From assembly GCF_964355755.1 (NCBI RefSeq), contig NC_092677.1:5168101-5232100 (forward strand): DNA of 64,000 bases, read 5' to 3'. The notes under the pieces were generated by a model. The model worked only from the letters and a program-made list of their open reading frames with translations, ran no database searches and was not told where the DNA came from. Source of the DNA: Antedon mediterranea (taxonomy: Eukaryota; Animalia; Echinodermata). The translations under genes were made by a program, and so were the position numbers. Every line of letters starts with the position of its first letter. Position 1 is the first letter of the stretch. Shown here piece by piece: positions 36,138 to 50,194 of the stretch.

Positions 36138-38162
36138 TTTTCAGAATCTAGTACCAATTGTGACAGATAAGGAAAATGGAAAAGTGATTCTAATGTGTGT
36201 TAGACAAAATAACAACAAAAAAGAAATGAAGATAATAAGGATGAAATCTGATGATAATGGAGTCAACTGGACAGAACCAGAAGATGTACAATTTGATTTG
36301 AAAGGCTTACCCATAGATTTTATAAGTTAGTATAAGTTTATTTATTTGTATTGAAGTTGATATTAAATATCTGAGTTGTACATCATGGTTTTGAATTATG
36401 AATTAGTCATCTTAAGAACCATGGTGTGTGCCTCTATCTTAGTTTTTTCTGTTATTTATATTTTTCTAATGTCAGTACAAGTATTATTATTAAGATTATA
36501 AACCCATTTACTGATACCATACACAAAAAGCAACAATTAAAACAACCAGTTTTACACAAATGTTTTATGTAATTACCAAAATACTGATTTGTTATAGGGG
36601 TTTTATTTGTTTAAAGTTTTTTAATAAACATTTGTATAAAGAAAATTTTTACTTTTATCTATCTTGTTACTTATTGAAAAATGTTAATATATATTTGTTT
36701 TACTTTATGTAGTAAACAGTATAAATGTACTACAGTAATTAATGTGCAATTATATGAAATATGTATAAATTGTTTTTCAGGCCTTGGTCATGGGAAAATT
36801 GGCTGTTGAAGGAGTATGTAAGCTGAGGATATTGAGAGAATTATAGAAATTAATTTAATTAAGAAATCTTTTTAAAATTAAGGAGGTGCTCAAACATTTA
36901 TTATGTACATAAAGGTGGTTGTTGTTGAACTGTATAATTCAACAACAACCACCTTGGGAGGACACACACAAGTAAGAAACTTGGAAATGCCCAGGGTTTC
37001 ATTTCTAATTACAACATTTTAGTGCCACTGTGTCAAAAACCAGTATATGATTTGCTTATTAGGTTGTTGAATATGCAAATGATGATGTTTACATCAGCTG
37101 TTCATTGGAGGGACTGTAAACAACGTTTCCATGTATACGGTGATGAAGGATTTTTAAAAAGCGTTTGATGTCAAGACTGAGGATGCACACCAGGTGTACT
37201 CAACAATTTTTTTTTATTTGTGTCCCTTTTATAGTTTCATTATATCAATCAACGAGGCAGAGCTGAAATATAAAAAAAAATATTTTATATTCAACGAATG
37301 CAAATTATTCATAAATTCATATTGAATCATTGCTGAAGTATATGCCAGGATGCTAGGCCATTAAAAATGGCAGGGCTCCAATGCAGCGTTCTGGAACCAT
37401 TGCAACATGTAACTTGATAACAAACTGCTTATGTAATTTTTGTACACATTATAAGTTTAGATTTTATTTTCTATTCTAATATGAGATGTGGTTGTAATAA
37501 TAAATCCTGATCAATTGTTTTTGTTATAATTGTGAAACTGCTACCCCCCATATTCATTAATAATCAATTCATCAACAAGCAAGAATTTGGTGAGCGATAG
37601 CACACAATAAACTCATTTTGCGATAAGATTTTCTTTTAGAGGTAATTTGATTTCCACGATGAAAATTCTGTTCTATTCTACACAAGTTACCTGCATTTAT
37701 TAGCGTGTGGCCGGTATATAGTATCACACGTTTGCCTTGTGTGTAATAAAATCGGTTTTTTGGCTGAAATTTTTATTATAGAGGATATGCGAAACAAGCA
37801 TACCCCATAGTTACTTTAACATTATTTAATGATAATATCATTTTATGTTATTTTGGATTATATTATTATCTAGGGTGGTATTGTACGCTTACCAACAAAG
37901 ACAAATAAGTTCTACCAAATAGCAATGGCAAGTCATGGAAATGAAACAAATAAGGATCTTACACTTTACCTAAGTGAAGATGGTTGTAAAACCTGGTCTC
38001 AGTTTTACACGCTAGGTGCAGTGAATGCAGAAGAATCTGACCTAGCTTACTACAGTGTAAAAAAAAGGGAAAGAAGAAGCAAAAGGAATAGTGTGTGTTT
38101 ACAGTTATGGTTCAGAAACAAAGGGGTATAATATTGGAATGCAGTTGATGTTTGGTAAATAA
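36138..38162 (+). pseudogene. Second, decayed copy of the sialidase-fold exons, including the only complete terminal exon (37874-38162)
   Basis: 36138-36326 FQNLVPIVTDKENGKVILMCVRQ...SDDNGVNW parallels 25687-25874; deleted or frameshifted exons at 36781 and 37063; terminal exon NKDLTLYLSEDGCKTW...AEESDL with one extra A in the run 38059-38066. Confidence 0.8.
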
Positions 38163-39319
38163 TTAATTATGCCGGAAAAAAGAAATTCAGAAAAAGTTCA
38201 ATGCCTTTCCAAACCATGGCCACATTTTATTATTTGACTCTTTTATGTTTTGCTATATTTTGTCTTTGAATAATTCAGAATTTCCATAAACTTTAAAAAA
38301 AAAATGTTGTTTTTCTGTGGGTTCATTTATTCAACAAATTCACAGCAAATTGGATTATTAGCATTACAAAAATTGCACATAGAATATAATACTTACTGCA
38401 AATAGTCTGGAAAGAATTATTTAATTAACTTAAATATAATATTTTTACCGTAGTATTACAGTGGTGGTTAGGAAGCAAGTGTACTAATTAAATTACTTAG
38501 AAGTTTAGAATATATATTTCAAATTCCAAATTGTGAGAAAAAAGTCATACAAACATTTTAGACTTTAGATTTTATTAGAATTGCTAATAAAGAGTTAGCT
38601 GTCATTCGCGAATCACTATATTATTATGGGGTTTGTCTTTGAATAATTCAGAATTATTATGTGGTTGGGATATAAAGTAACTACATTATTTTATATCCTT
38701 TTTTGTTATTAGATTTTACAATTTCCATATCTTTAGTAGGGGCCAACTTTTAACATTAATATCATATGTATTATGTATGTAATGTATTAAGTAGTATAAG
38801 TACTATATTATTATAGTTTTTGAACATTCCTTTTCTTTTAATTCTCCTGTGCTCTGTAGTCTTGTTTGCCGTGTTGTAAATATTGATGTTCATGTCCCAT
38901 TTATAAATCTTCTCCACTGTTTTCATACTTTAATCATTTCCATGATAATAACAATAATAGTAATAATAACAATAGTTCATTCTTAACCCGGTCATTTTTG
39001 TGTGCCATACTATTTTGAACAAGATGTGCATAAACCGAACGTCATACGTTTTGCATAGTTCTTCAAAATAATTAATTTACTTATACAAAACATGAACTTC
39101 TATGTCACTGCAACAGTGATGAATGAATAATTTGTGATGAAGTCACAGAGACTACGTGAACATGAACCAAATAAAAAAAAACGCCGCGAAGAAACAGCAG
39201 TCAAAATAAGCTCCGCGCTGAAAGAAAATGTAATTATCATTTACAGAATTAAACACGGAGTAAAACAAGTGTTTTTTAATTGATTAAAATACCTGTATTG
39301 TGCTTCTTTTCATAGTGCA

Positions 39320-39988
39320 TTACACCTACATTTTTATTCTATTATGGCGTATAATTACCGAATGGTAGAAAGAAGCAGCGGCGACGGTAATAGCGTGTGT
39401 TTACACCTACATTTGTATTCTATTATGGCGTATCACCAAATGGTAGAAAGAAGCAGCAGCACCGACGACGGGAATAGCGTGTGTTTACACCTACATTTGT
39501 ATTCTATTATGGCGTATATCACCAAATGGTAGAAAGAAGCAGCAGCAGCGACGGAAATAGCGTGTCTTTACACCTACATTTGTATTCTATTATGGCGTAT
39601 ATCACCAAATGGTAGAAAGAAGCAGCAGCAGCGACGGAAATAGCGTGTGTTTACACCTACATTTGTATTCTATTATGGCGTATCACCAAATGGTAGAAAG
39701 AAGCAGCAGCACCGACGACGGGAATAGCGTGTGTTTACACCTACATTTGTATTCTATTATGGCGTATATCACCAAATGGTAGAAAGAAGCAGCAGCAGCA
39801 GCGACGGTAATAGCGTGTGTTTACACCTACATTTGTATTCTATTATGGCGTATCACCAAATGGTAGAAAGAAGCAGCAGCAGCAGCGACGGTAATAGCGT
39901 GTGTTTACACCTACATTTGTATTCTATTATGGCGTATCACCAAATGGTAGAAAGAAGCAGCAGTGGCGACGGTAATAGCGTGTGTTTA
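39320..39988 (+). repeat. Minisatellite, 8 copies of an ~81-86-bp unit with variable (AGC)n
   Basis: TACACCTACATTTGTATTCTATTATGGCGTAT(AT)CACCAAATGGTAGAAAGA(AGC)n..GACGGTAATAGCGTGTGTT repeated. Confidence 0.95.
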
Positions 39989-41683
39989 CTGCTATTGCTC
40001 TGGAAAATTATGCAAAGAGGACAACACAGAAAAATTCTGAAAAAAGGGAACGTGATACGATGGGTCTTGTTTCCACAACATTGCATGTTGATTACATATG
40101 CATGTTTCAGCAGTGAGAGGGTTTAATGATTATGATGGTACTGTGTGTGGACGTGACTCTTTACCCTTCAGATATTTTAGAAAATGGTAGAGTTTGGTTC
40201 AATTGCTTATAATAGGAGGCCTATACTTAATGCCTATAATAACATTTCAATCCTAGTTCAAAGTTAAAAATCTGTTATTGCATTCAATTGTGATTGAATG
40301 TTACAAGTTAATAAAAATATTAAAACATTAAGATAAACATTTACACTAAAACAGTTTTAATTAATGTATAATAATATATAAAAGCTATAATACATGCAAA
40401 CATTATAGTAAAATTTGTCGAAAATTCAAATACTAATGTAAGTGGAATATAAAATGTCTCCTTATTCTACAACTGTTTTGATCAATCATCACCTGATTTC
40501 ATCAACAGCTATTAGTATAGGCTAGATGATAATAATAAGCAAGACTCTAAATACACATATAATTATAACGCCAATAAACCAACTTTTTGATAAATTACGT
40601 TTGCTCTCAATCAACACGCTCCTCCTTTACCCTCTTGAACATAATATAATGTATTTGTTTCGATTTCGTAAAAAGAAGTCATTTTATTCTCGCTTTTTAA
40701 ACTAACTTCTGAGACAGGTAGTTAATAAGTTCGATTATATGCTCCTTGTTTTCCAGTTAAAATTATTATTTCTGCTACTCGGAAAAGTGTATTGTTTAAT
40801 TATTCAAATAGTGTAGTAAGAAAGGTACTGGCCACAAATGTATTGTTGATTGTTGTTAATATCAGGCAACACTGTGATTTTACTCTGCAGCAGCTGTGTC
40901 AGTTATTTCTAGCCTTCTGATTATAAACATGTTGCTAATTTATGTTTTATATTTTATACGGCAATAATATGACTTATTACATGTCTTAAAATGCCTCTCT
41001 GTAAAATAATTGTATACAGAAATGGTATCTCACTGGGTAGTTTAAACAATCCCCTTACTGACGTGCTTATTTAAATACTAATCGTATAGCACAAAAAATA
41101 ATCCTCAAAAATTGTGAAACACAAAGGAACTGTAGATTGATTATTAGAATATAATTAATATATTTTGTTGCTGTACATTTAAACTATGCGAGAAAAACAG
41201 TACAATTGAGAATAAACTATAATGAGCGTGTACATTTCTACCTATTTTACAATGCTCTAATTGTATTAGTAGGCCTAGTCCCCTAGATGACTATACATTG
41301 TTTTTTAGAATATAATTTTGTTGCTGTACATGGCCTTTAAACTACTACGCGAGAAAAAAGTACAATTGAGAATAAACTATGAGCGTGTACACAAATTTAA
41401 GTATAAACATTTCTACCTATTTTACAATGCTCTAGTTATATTAGTAGGAGGCCTACTCCCCTATAAATGATAATAACGAGAATAAACAAAACTTATTTTA
41501 TACATAAATTACGCTTAAGCAGCTTTCGATTGTTATTGTACTGTATATGTTTGTTTTGTTATGACTCTCATATACTCACAGAAAACCATTTTGTATAAGA
41601 CTTTCGCTTATATGTTTCCTCGTTTACCATCTACTTTATCTTTTATATTTATTTCCTTCCTTCAGAATTAAACAACATTTTAT

Positions 41684-44600
41684 TTAGTTATAGAACTGTT
41701 GAGAATAATGTGGTTCTTGAGTCTTTCCTTTTTGTGACGTACTAGTAACACTATCACGTGACATATGTCCTTCGTACTGGGGATTTTGACATTCTATTTC
41801 AATCTTTCCTCCTCTTTTCTGAAAACAATAACATGGATTATTATTTTGATTAATTGATTTTAAAAAATTAAAACTAATAATTAATCATCTTTAATGGACC
41901 TTGGCAGTAGATAGAACATCAATTTCATTGACTTCTTCAAACCCAAAAAACTTTTACAATTACAATTAATTGATTATTAAATCAGTTAGTGCCACACTCC
42001 AATTATTGTAGTATAGTGATCATAAAAATGTTAACCTCTAGTTTGCGCACTTCTTTCTGTGACGCATTAACGTGTTTATCTTTTTTTCTGTGTTTATTAG
42101 AAACTCCCTGCAGTCCTTGGTATTGAGGATTTTTTATTTCTATTTCATAAAAAAATAAATAAGTTAACATTGGTTGAAATGAAATACATAATACCCCAAT
42201 TTATTAATTTTTTAATACATACTACTTTATTAGACGTAGGCTTGGTATATCCATCGTCGTCCACGCAAGAGCTTGCTGACTCTTTCAGACCTTGGTACTG
42301 AGGATTTTTGCATTCGATTTCTATCACTTCTTAGTCGTTAGTTATAAGGGTATTGTTAAACGTCTTATGTGGCGATGCCCAGTGACATTATGGTTCGTTT
42401 AAAATGTTATAATTGTATTTTTGAAATACATACTATTTTAGACGTAGGCTTGACATATCCTTCGTCATCTATGTCAACATCAGGGACTGCTAAAACTTGC
42501 AGTCCTTGGTACTGATGATGTTGACTTTTGAATTCTCTTTCTCTCTGTTAAACAATAGATGGTCATGATCGTTAGGTCCAAACATAAATAATTTGTATAT
42601 TTTGCTTTCAAAAGTGTATCACCTGTCTTAGAAATACGAAAATAACTAAACTAAATTTTAACTTGACTTGGTTAAAGTTAGGAACTCACTATTGACCTTA
42701 ACTACGATTTTGATTTCAACTCACTTAACTACACATCAATTTGTAGCCAGGGAATGGTAACCATTTTTGTTGATCACCCATGTTTCTACTAGTGACTTTT
42801 CGATACATACTACCTTATTAGACGTGGGTCTGACATATCCCTCGTCATCTAAGTCGACATCATTGTTTGCCGAATTAACTTGCAGATCTTGGTAGTGATG
42901 ACGTTCAGGCTCGCTTAATCCTCTCTGATAAATAAATGGTTTGTGTTAGTATTATTGATGTTTAGTTGTGGTATTTGATATATAATTATGAGAAAAAAAA
43001 TTAAACTAGCACAATTGACTTTAAGATACGATAGTTTACATAGAAAGTTTACCTGTATTCTTGTCCTGGATCTTGCTTTATTTGACGTCCTGTTAGCACT
43101 AGCCTCCACTGTAGGACCTTTGTTGAGCTCTTTGTAATCTCCAGAATTTGAAGAAAATTGCAATGCTTGATTTTGTTGAGGAATTTTAGATTTTAAAAGG
43201 ATGTCTTCTTTTATTCGTTTTAGCTATAAAAATATCGGTAAACGCAGATACTATCTAATTAAAGTTTATCTGTGCTTTCAATTATTATAAGTTTCAAGAA
43301 AGTTAATATTTCATAAAAATTTAAAAGTACTTACATAGATATATCGGGTTATTATAAACGTAGGAACAGAGCAAAGAATTGCAGTTATTGCTATAGTTAT
43401 CAATATACTAATTGCATACGAACAACCACCTATAAATGTCAATGTAAAATTTTGAAATAATGTTATCTAACAAAACAATGTTATACTACAGAAACAATTA
43501 CAAACGAAGTCACACAATTTCATACATGCAACGTGCATCAACGTGCACAATATTCATCTAAAGTAATTTAATATTAAATTAAAACATTATTCTTCAACGA
43601 AGCAAGTGGGAGTTAGAGTTTGTCATATTGTTATTACTTTCGTCGTGGTCGTCGGCGTGTTGTCATTAACAAAGAAATTACACTCGATAGGGTGTGTTGT
43701 AATTAAAATTACCTGCTGTGTTTTTTTCATTTTCTGCATAAAATGTAAAACTTGTTTGACATATTTTATTAGTTCCTAAAGATGATGAATTTTGTATTAT
43801 CAGTACTGCTGGCGGTTTCGGATAGTCCTCTGCTGTACATGTTACAAGATCATCTTCAGGTTTAAATGTTACAATGATATCTAAACAAAACGAGTAATAT
43901 AACCTTGAGTACTGTTAATATTCTTTATTCTTTATTTAGGGTCCCAAAAATATATTATTGAATTATTGTATATTTTATGAACTTTATATACCATATATAT
44001 ACAACTGTCTTCCTTCACTTGTTTTAGCATCATCTCCTTTAAACTGATCACTTTCTGCTTTACATGTATATCTGCCACCATCTTCTTCAGTAGCTGATTT
44101 AATCTTAAGAACTGACTCTGTACTGTTATTTGCAATATCATATCTAGAAGGGTTGTTGGTGTTGACTGTATGTCCATCTTTATACCAAGTAATGTAAGGA
44201 ATAGGATCACCATCATGTTTAATACAGGTAAAGGTCACTGATTGACATTCATTGATGACATTTGCTGACGCAGAAAGAAGTGGTTGATCCAAGTCTGAGA
44301 AAAATTTAATAAAGTATCCATGTTACAAACTTGTTCTAAATGTTTGTAACAATATACTTACTTATTTGTTTCTAGTTTTACATATCTTCGATCTTACTCT
44401 TTACATACAATATATACCGTAATTTTAGAAATAAATACATGTATCTATATGATAATTTGGGTTTGTTATTGTAAAACTCGTTAGTGGGTGAATGGATGAC
44501 GCCCTATAAATATCACAATGTGTATTAGATGTAGTTCCATGTAAACCTTTTGATTTCGTTTTTAAAGCGGTTTTAATTTTTCTATAAAATACATTTTACA

Positions 44601-46503
44601 AAATACAAATTAATGAATGAGCTCACGCTATTCCACCTGGTATAGTACATTCTTCCGGCAAGAGAGACACGTTCGACAATCATTCAACGTTCAGTCCGTA
44701 AGTACCACCATTGTTCAATGCTTATTTCTGATATCACAATTAACCCTACCCCTCCCCACCTCCTGTTTTATGTGTAACACTTTAAATAAGATTCATGCAC
44801 GGTTTTATTAGGTTATAGAATTGTAATGTAGGCCTACTATAGGTAGTAGAAACTCTCGTTACAAGTTACATCGGCACGCCTTCTCCCCCTAATTGAATTT
44901 TGTGCCAATTTCTGATATACAACAAATCCGCAACGCTTGTTTAATGTTACAAACGATAGACCTAGATTCGCGTAGGCCTACTGTATTAATATTAGGCTTT
45001 TGGGTAACAAATGTCAGCACCCAAATCCAAGTATTCGAGTCATGTGAAAGTTACTGGTACTGGTAGCGAATTGTGTACATATTTCTTTAAGGTACACTTT
45101 TTATAACAACATTCATGTACTGCATACAGTATTCTTACTTTTACAACAGAAGCCATGGCCTAGGCTCAATCAGACACGATTGTCATTGCATCCAAATCCA
45201 CTTTCAATTTGGGTAATTATACTGGCACTTCACCATATTCAACTTTGTGCATATTTTAAAAATATATATAACCCGCCTCATTTGTGTGTAACAATTTATT
45301 AACATTCATGTACAATAAAAGTATAAATATATAAATTATGTACTAAATTGTGTATTTTTTTCTATCATTAATCAGACAGAAATGACAAACGAAAATCAAG
45401 CTAGAATTGATAAGGCAATAAAGGATTTCGGAAATGTGTCGAGATACAACAACATGTACTAAACAAAATCTCATATAACCAAGAAAAAATGTTCCCTTTT
45501 TAAAACTCTTTATACTCTCTCCAATCCAATGATTCCTCTTAACTGATTGAAACATTGTAGGCCTAGATTCAGTACTGAATTACTTATAATAAATAATAAG
45601 TATATGTAGTTGGCATATTTGATTTGTGTTAATAAAAAACCATCATTATGTTTTTCATTGTACAATAATAATAAAAATACTGTATATATAATATATATAT
45701 TTTTTTAATGTATATATTTATATGTAAAGAATTGATTATATTCTACTAAATTTATAATATAATAAGGATTGAGGGAGATACTCGTTGTGCATTATTCATA
45801 TAAAGGAAGTTATGTGTTAACTTACAATATACAGTTAGTATAGATGGATTTGATCTTTTAATTTCACCATCTATTGTTTGTATCTCGCACTGAAATGTTC
45901 GTTGAGAATCATCTCTGATTGGTAGTGACATCACTAAGTCTGCTTTCCCAGGTTTTATGTTTAATTTAAAACGCCCATTTACTAGCTTCTTATCATTCAC
46001 AAGGTTATATGTAGATCCATCTTCATCTAATGCATCCCATTGCATTGCAGCAGGTGTAGGAGTAACTCTTGAATGATTACAACTTAATACCACTTTAGTA
46101 TCACCTTCTTTGGCTTCCTGGTTAGATGTCAGTTGACCATGTGATTCTAACAAAATAAATTGTGTTTATTATTGTTTTGGTCCGTTTATGCGAACTACAA
46201 ACATACCACGATGGTATCATTTTAAGTTGAAATTCATTCTCATTCATTCGTTCGTTCTTGTCGTCTCACATTATAAGTGGTCAACGTAATGAAGATAACG
46301 TTTTCTGGCATATGCACAACTTTACCTACCAGTTTGTCATGGTTAAAATTAATTAATTACAATTAATAAATAGGCATATCAATACATTAATTAATTAATT
46401 ACAATTAATAAATAGGCATATCAATACATTTAGCGTTTTATACTATAATTAATTTACCGTCAAATGAATGTATAACAATTAGCAGCGTCAACCATAATGT
46501 CAT
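41684..46503 (-). CDS. Ig-superfamily type-I membrane receptor A (signal, V-like Ig, I/C2 Ig, shortened third Ig, TM, tyrosine-motif repeat tail)
   Basis: Exons 46503-46458 (MTLWLTLLIVIHSFD), 46146-45826, 44294-43992 (ITWYKDG...EDGGRYTC), 43880-43713, 43429-43335 (TM AISILITIAITAILCSVPTFII), 43223-43053, 42924-42814, 42544-42434, two repeats with unclear acceptors (~42330-42225, ~42145-42037) and 41818-41684; the confidently placed exons are phase-compatible. Confidence 0.85.
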
Positions 46504-47576
46504 CTGAAAAAAATGACGATCTGAAAATCTGAAACGATGTCTACCCTCTTTTACCGCTGCCGTCATCTTTTTCTTATGCCGACAACATCACTGTGAAATT
46601 CAAATTGTCTTTATTAATCCTTTGGAAAATTCATTTATTATATATATTTCGACAACTAGGCGTAAGTTGAGTGGCCCAACCGAATTTGAACCACTCCTTC
46701 CAACCTTTTACTTAACACCCTCCTCATCTATTCTGTTTCCCAACTGAGCTCTTAAAAGCCCCCGCTAAACGTTATTTTTTCAAATTGGCTGCTTTGCCTA
46801 CCAAACTTCCACCAATGCCGTTCCTGATAATATCAGTTGTATATTGTCAGAACTCAGCACGGAGGTGGTCTACGAAATACGCGATTTTCTACTAAAGGTA
46901 ATTAGGACAATTAAATTATTTTGTTCCTCGACCTTTCTTTCAATTTTTAAACAATGTTATAGTTAGAAAGCGCCTACGTTATACTTTAACAAAATTCCCA
47001 ATTACATAATATGTTATGTTGATATGTATAAACTCTTTTAAATTAAACTTCAACTCAAACGATTTATTGCTAGTAGATAGGCCTAAATAAGTTTTTTTTT
47101 ACCATTTTAACGATTTTATTTTATTTTTTATTTGAACAATATTTAATTTATACACTTAACTTGTTCTGAATATTTCATATTTTATGTGTTTGTATTTATA
47201 TGTTTTATGGAGGGTCCTTAATGATCAATTCCTTTACTAGAACTGGATAGGCTACCCTCATTAAAGATGGTAATAGATAAGTAAATTCAAATAATGAAAG
47301 GACGTGTGTGTAATAGTAATAATAAAAGAAATAGGCTAAACGAGACGAATGATGGCTTACATACCCTTTATAAAATAAGAATAAAAAACAACTTACATTC
47401 TTGGTCTAGGCGCAACCTATGTCTATAGCTATCATCAATTGCTTTATTATTCAACAGAGACTAACTTGATGTCGATCAGCTTTTCGGTGAAAACAAGTGG
47501 AAATTACTGAAATTTATAGAGGGCAGCAACCAAAAGTATGATCATTATTTGAGAGGTATATTCAAAGATAGTGTAT

Positions 47577-50194
47577 TAGTCCATGGGATTTAGCTAAAAA
47601 ATGACCATTTTCTCACACAAATTGCAAGAAAAGGTTTTTTTGATGAAATGTGTTCTTTAGACCCTACTGAACACATTTATCAACGTTAGGACATTTTTCG
47701 ACAACGGGAAGTAGCCTAATTTGCATAATTAAAAATGGCCGCCATTTTTAATAACGTACTCTGTATCTTGGAAACCGCTAGTCACAGATACTTAATTATG
47801 GTGTCAAAATCGTTAAAATATATGTTTTTATATTCACTTTATTGAAAAAGTTTGTCCAAAAATGAATGGAAATGCTATTTCTAACATTATTGACCTTTGA
47901 CCTTGAATTCTCATATCTCAGCAACCACTAATCGGAGATATACAAATTAGGGCTTAAATTGTTCAGAAACTACACATTTATATCCAGTCTAATGGCATGT
48001 TTTTGCAAAAAATGGCGGATTCTAACATTATTGACCTTTGACCTTGATTTATCATATCTCAGCAACCACTAATCGGAGATATACAACTTAGGGCTTAAAT
48101 TGTTCAGAAACTACACATTTATATCCAGTCTAATGGCATGTTTTTGCAAAAAATGGCCGATTCTAACATTATTGACCTTTGAACTTTACACTACATAAAA
48201 TCGCATAACTTTGAAAATATTGTACATATGAAATTATTTTTAGTGTCAAATTGTTCAGAACATACATGTTTCTATAGAGTCCAATGACACATTATGTCCA
48301 ATAATGGCCTATTGTATGGTTATTAACATTTGAACTATATTTGAAAAGGATTTAAACCCGGAATCTTCTTCATGTGGACATCCATTAGAACATGCGATTT
48401 GGCACAAAATGTAAGAGTTGCAACGTTGACTTATTATGTTTAGTTTAAAGTAGGCCATTGGTACATTAAATTTATAAACTATTGCATTCATCCATAAACT
48501 GCCTACAAGTTTACACGTTTGTTTATTTTATTTCTTATCGTCTTCGCAGCTGAAGCTGAATTACAAGATATTTATATTAAAAGCATTAAAATTGATGGTT
48601 AAAAATGCTAAAAATTAAACCACATAGAAACATGGTACATACACAATACATTCACGTAAAAAAAGTACAAAAACAAATTATAAAAGGTTAAAAACTATAC
48701 ACCACTAGTAGTCATACTGTATATGGTTATTGAAATAATAAATAAATTCCATAAGAAACTGAGGTTTTTACTGTATACGGCGAAAATATTGCAAGTGGTG
48801 GTCAGCCTAATTATGAGTCTCGATAGCCAATTTAAACTAAACTAAATATGTTGCATTAATATCGATCTTTTAGAATTCCAGTTGTCAACAATGCGTCTAG
48901 TAGTAGAAAAGGCCTTCTTAATAAGACTATGTTTCAACCTAAAAGAATGCCCTCAAGAGTAAATATAAACTAGGGAGTTGTTATTAGACAACTCCCTGTA
49001 TAAACTAAATAATCTTTAGAAATTTGTTTGTTGAATATGCCATTTAATGCCAATTTAATTTGATCGAAAAATAAATTACTAATTTGAAAAAAACTTTAAT
49101 AAACCTGCAAAATGACATGGCCTATTTAAAGTATGTACAATATATCATTAAAAAAACGACATCTTTGTTGGCTCTGTTAATAGTGTGAACACCAACTTTC
49201 TCCTGAGTAAGATGTAAGACCTAATTTAAAATTTATTAATAATCCAAACCTATAATGTATGTATACATAGTCTAATATTTTTTTTTAAAGTGAATATTTT
49301 CAGTAACTAAATTAAATCAACTGGTTACATGCACTTTAAATTACCACCATATTCTAAACAACAAGTACGGTAGTGCCAAATCACATGTTCCAATGAATGC
49401 CTACATGAAGAAGATTCCGGGTTTAAATCCTTTTCAAATATAGTTCAAATGTTAATACCATACAATAGGCCATTATTGGACAAAATGTGTCATTGGACTC
49501 TATAGAAACATGTATGTTCTGAACAATTTGACACTAAAAATCATTTCATATGTACAATATTTTCAAAGTTATGCGATTTTATGTAGTGTAAAGTTCAAAG
49601 GTCAATAATGTTAGAATCGGCTATTTTTTGCAAAAACATGCCATTAGACTAAATATAAATGTGTTGTTTCTGAACATTTTGAGCCATATTTTGTGTCTCT
49701 CCTATTAGTGGTTGCTAAGATATGATAACTCAAGGTCAAAGGTCAATAATGTTAGAAATCCGCCATTTTTTGCAAAAACATGCCATTAGACTGGATATAA
49801 ATGTGTAGTTTTTGAACAATTTAAGCCCTAATTTGTATATCTCCGATTAGTGGTTGCTGAGATATGAGAATTCAAGGTCAAAGGTCAATAATGTTAGAAA
49901 TAGCATTTCCATTCATTTTTGGACAAACTTTTTCATTAAAGTGAATATAAATACATATATTATTCTAACGATTTTAACACCATAATTAAGTATCTGTGAC
50001 TAGCGGTTTCCAAGATACATAGTACGTTATTAAAAATGGCCGCCATTTTTAATTATGCAAATTAGGCTACTTCCCGTTGTCGAAAAATGTCCTAACGTTG
50101 ATAAATGTCTTCAGTAGGGTCTAAAGAACACATTTCATCAAAAAAACATTTTCTTGCAATTTGTGTGAGTTAAAAGTCTAAATCCCATGGACTA
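47577..50194. mobile_element. Non-autonomous foldback DNA transposon, Academ-like
   Basis: TAGTCCATGGGATTTAG...CTAAATCCCATGGACTA termini; ~820-bp TIRs with an internally duplicated ~145-bp block; TAT on both flanks. Confidence 0.8.

Noticed and set aside
39320-40126. CRISPR-like periodic array and its ORFs
   Set aside because: Whole units repeat with no unique spacers; eukaryotic context and no cas genes
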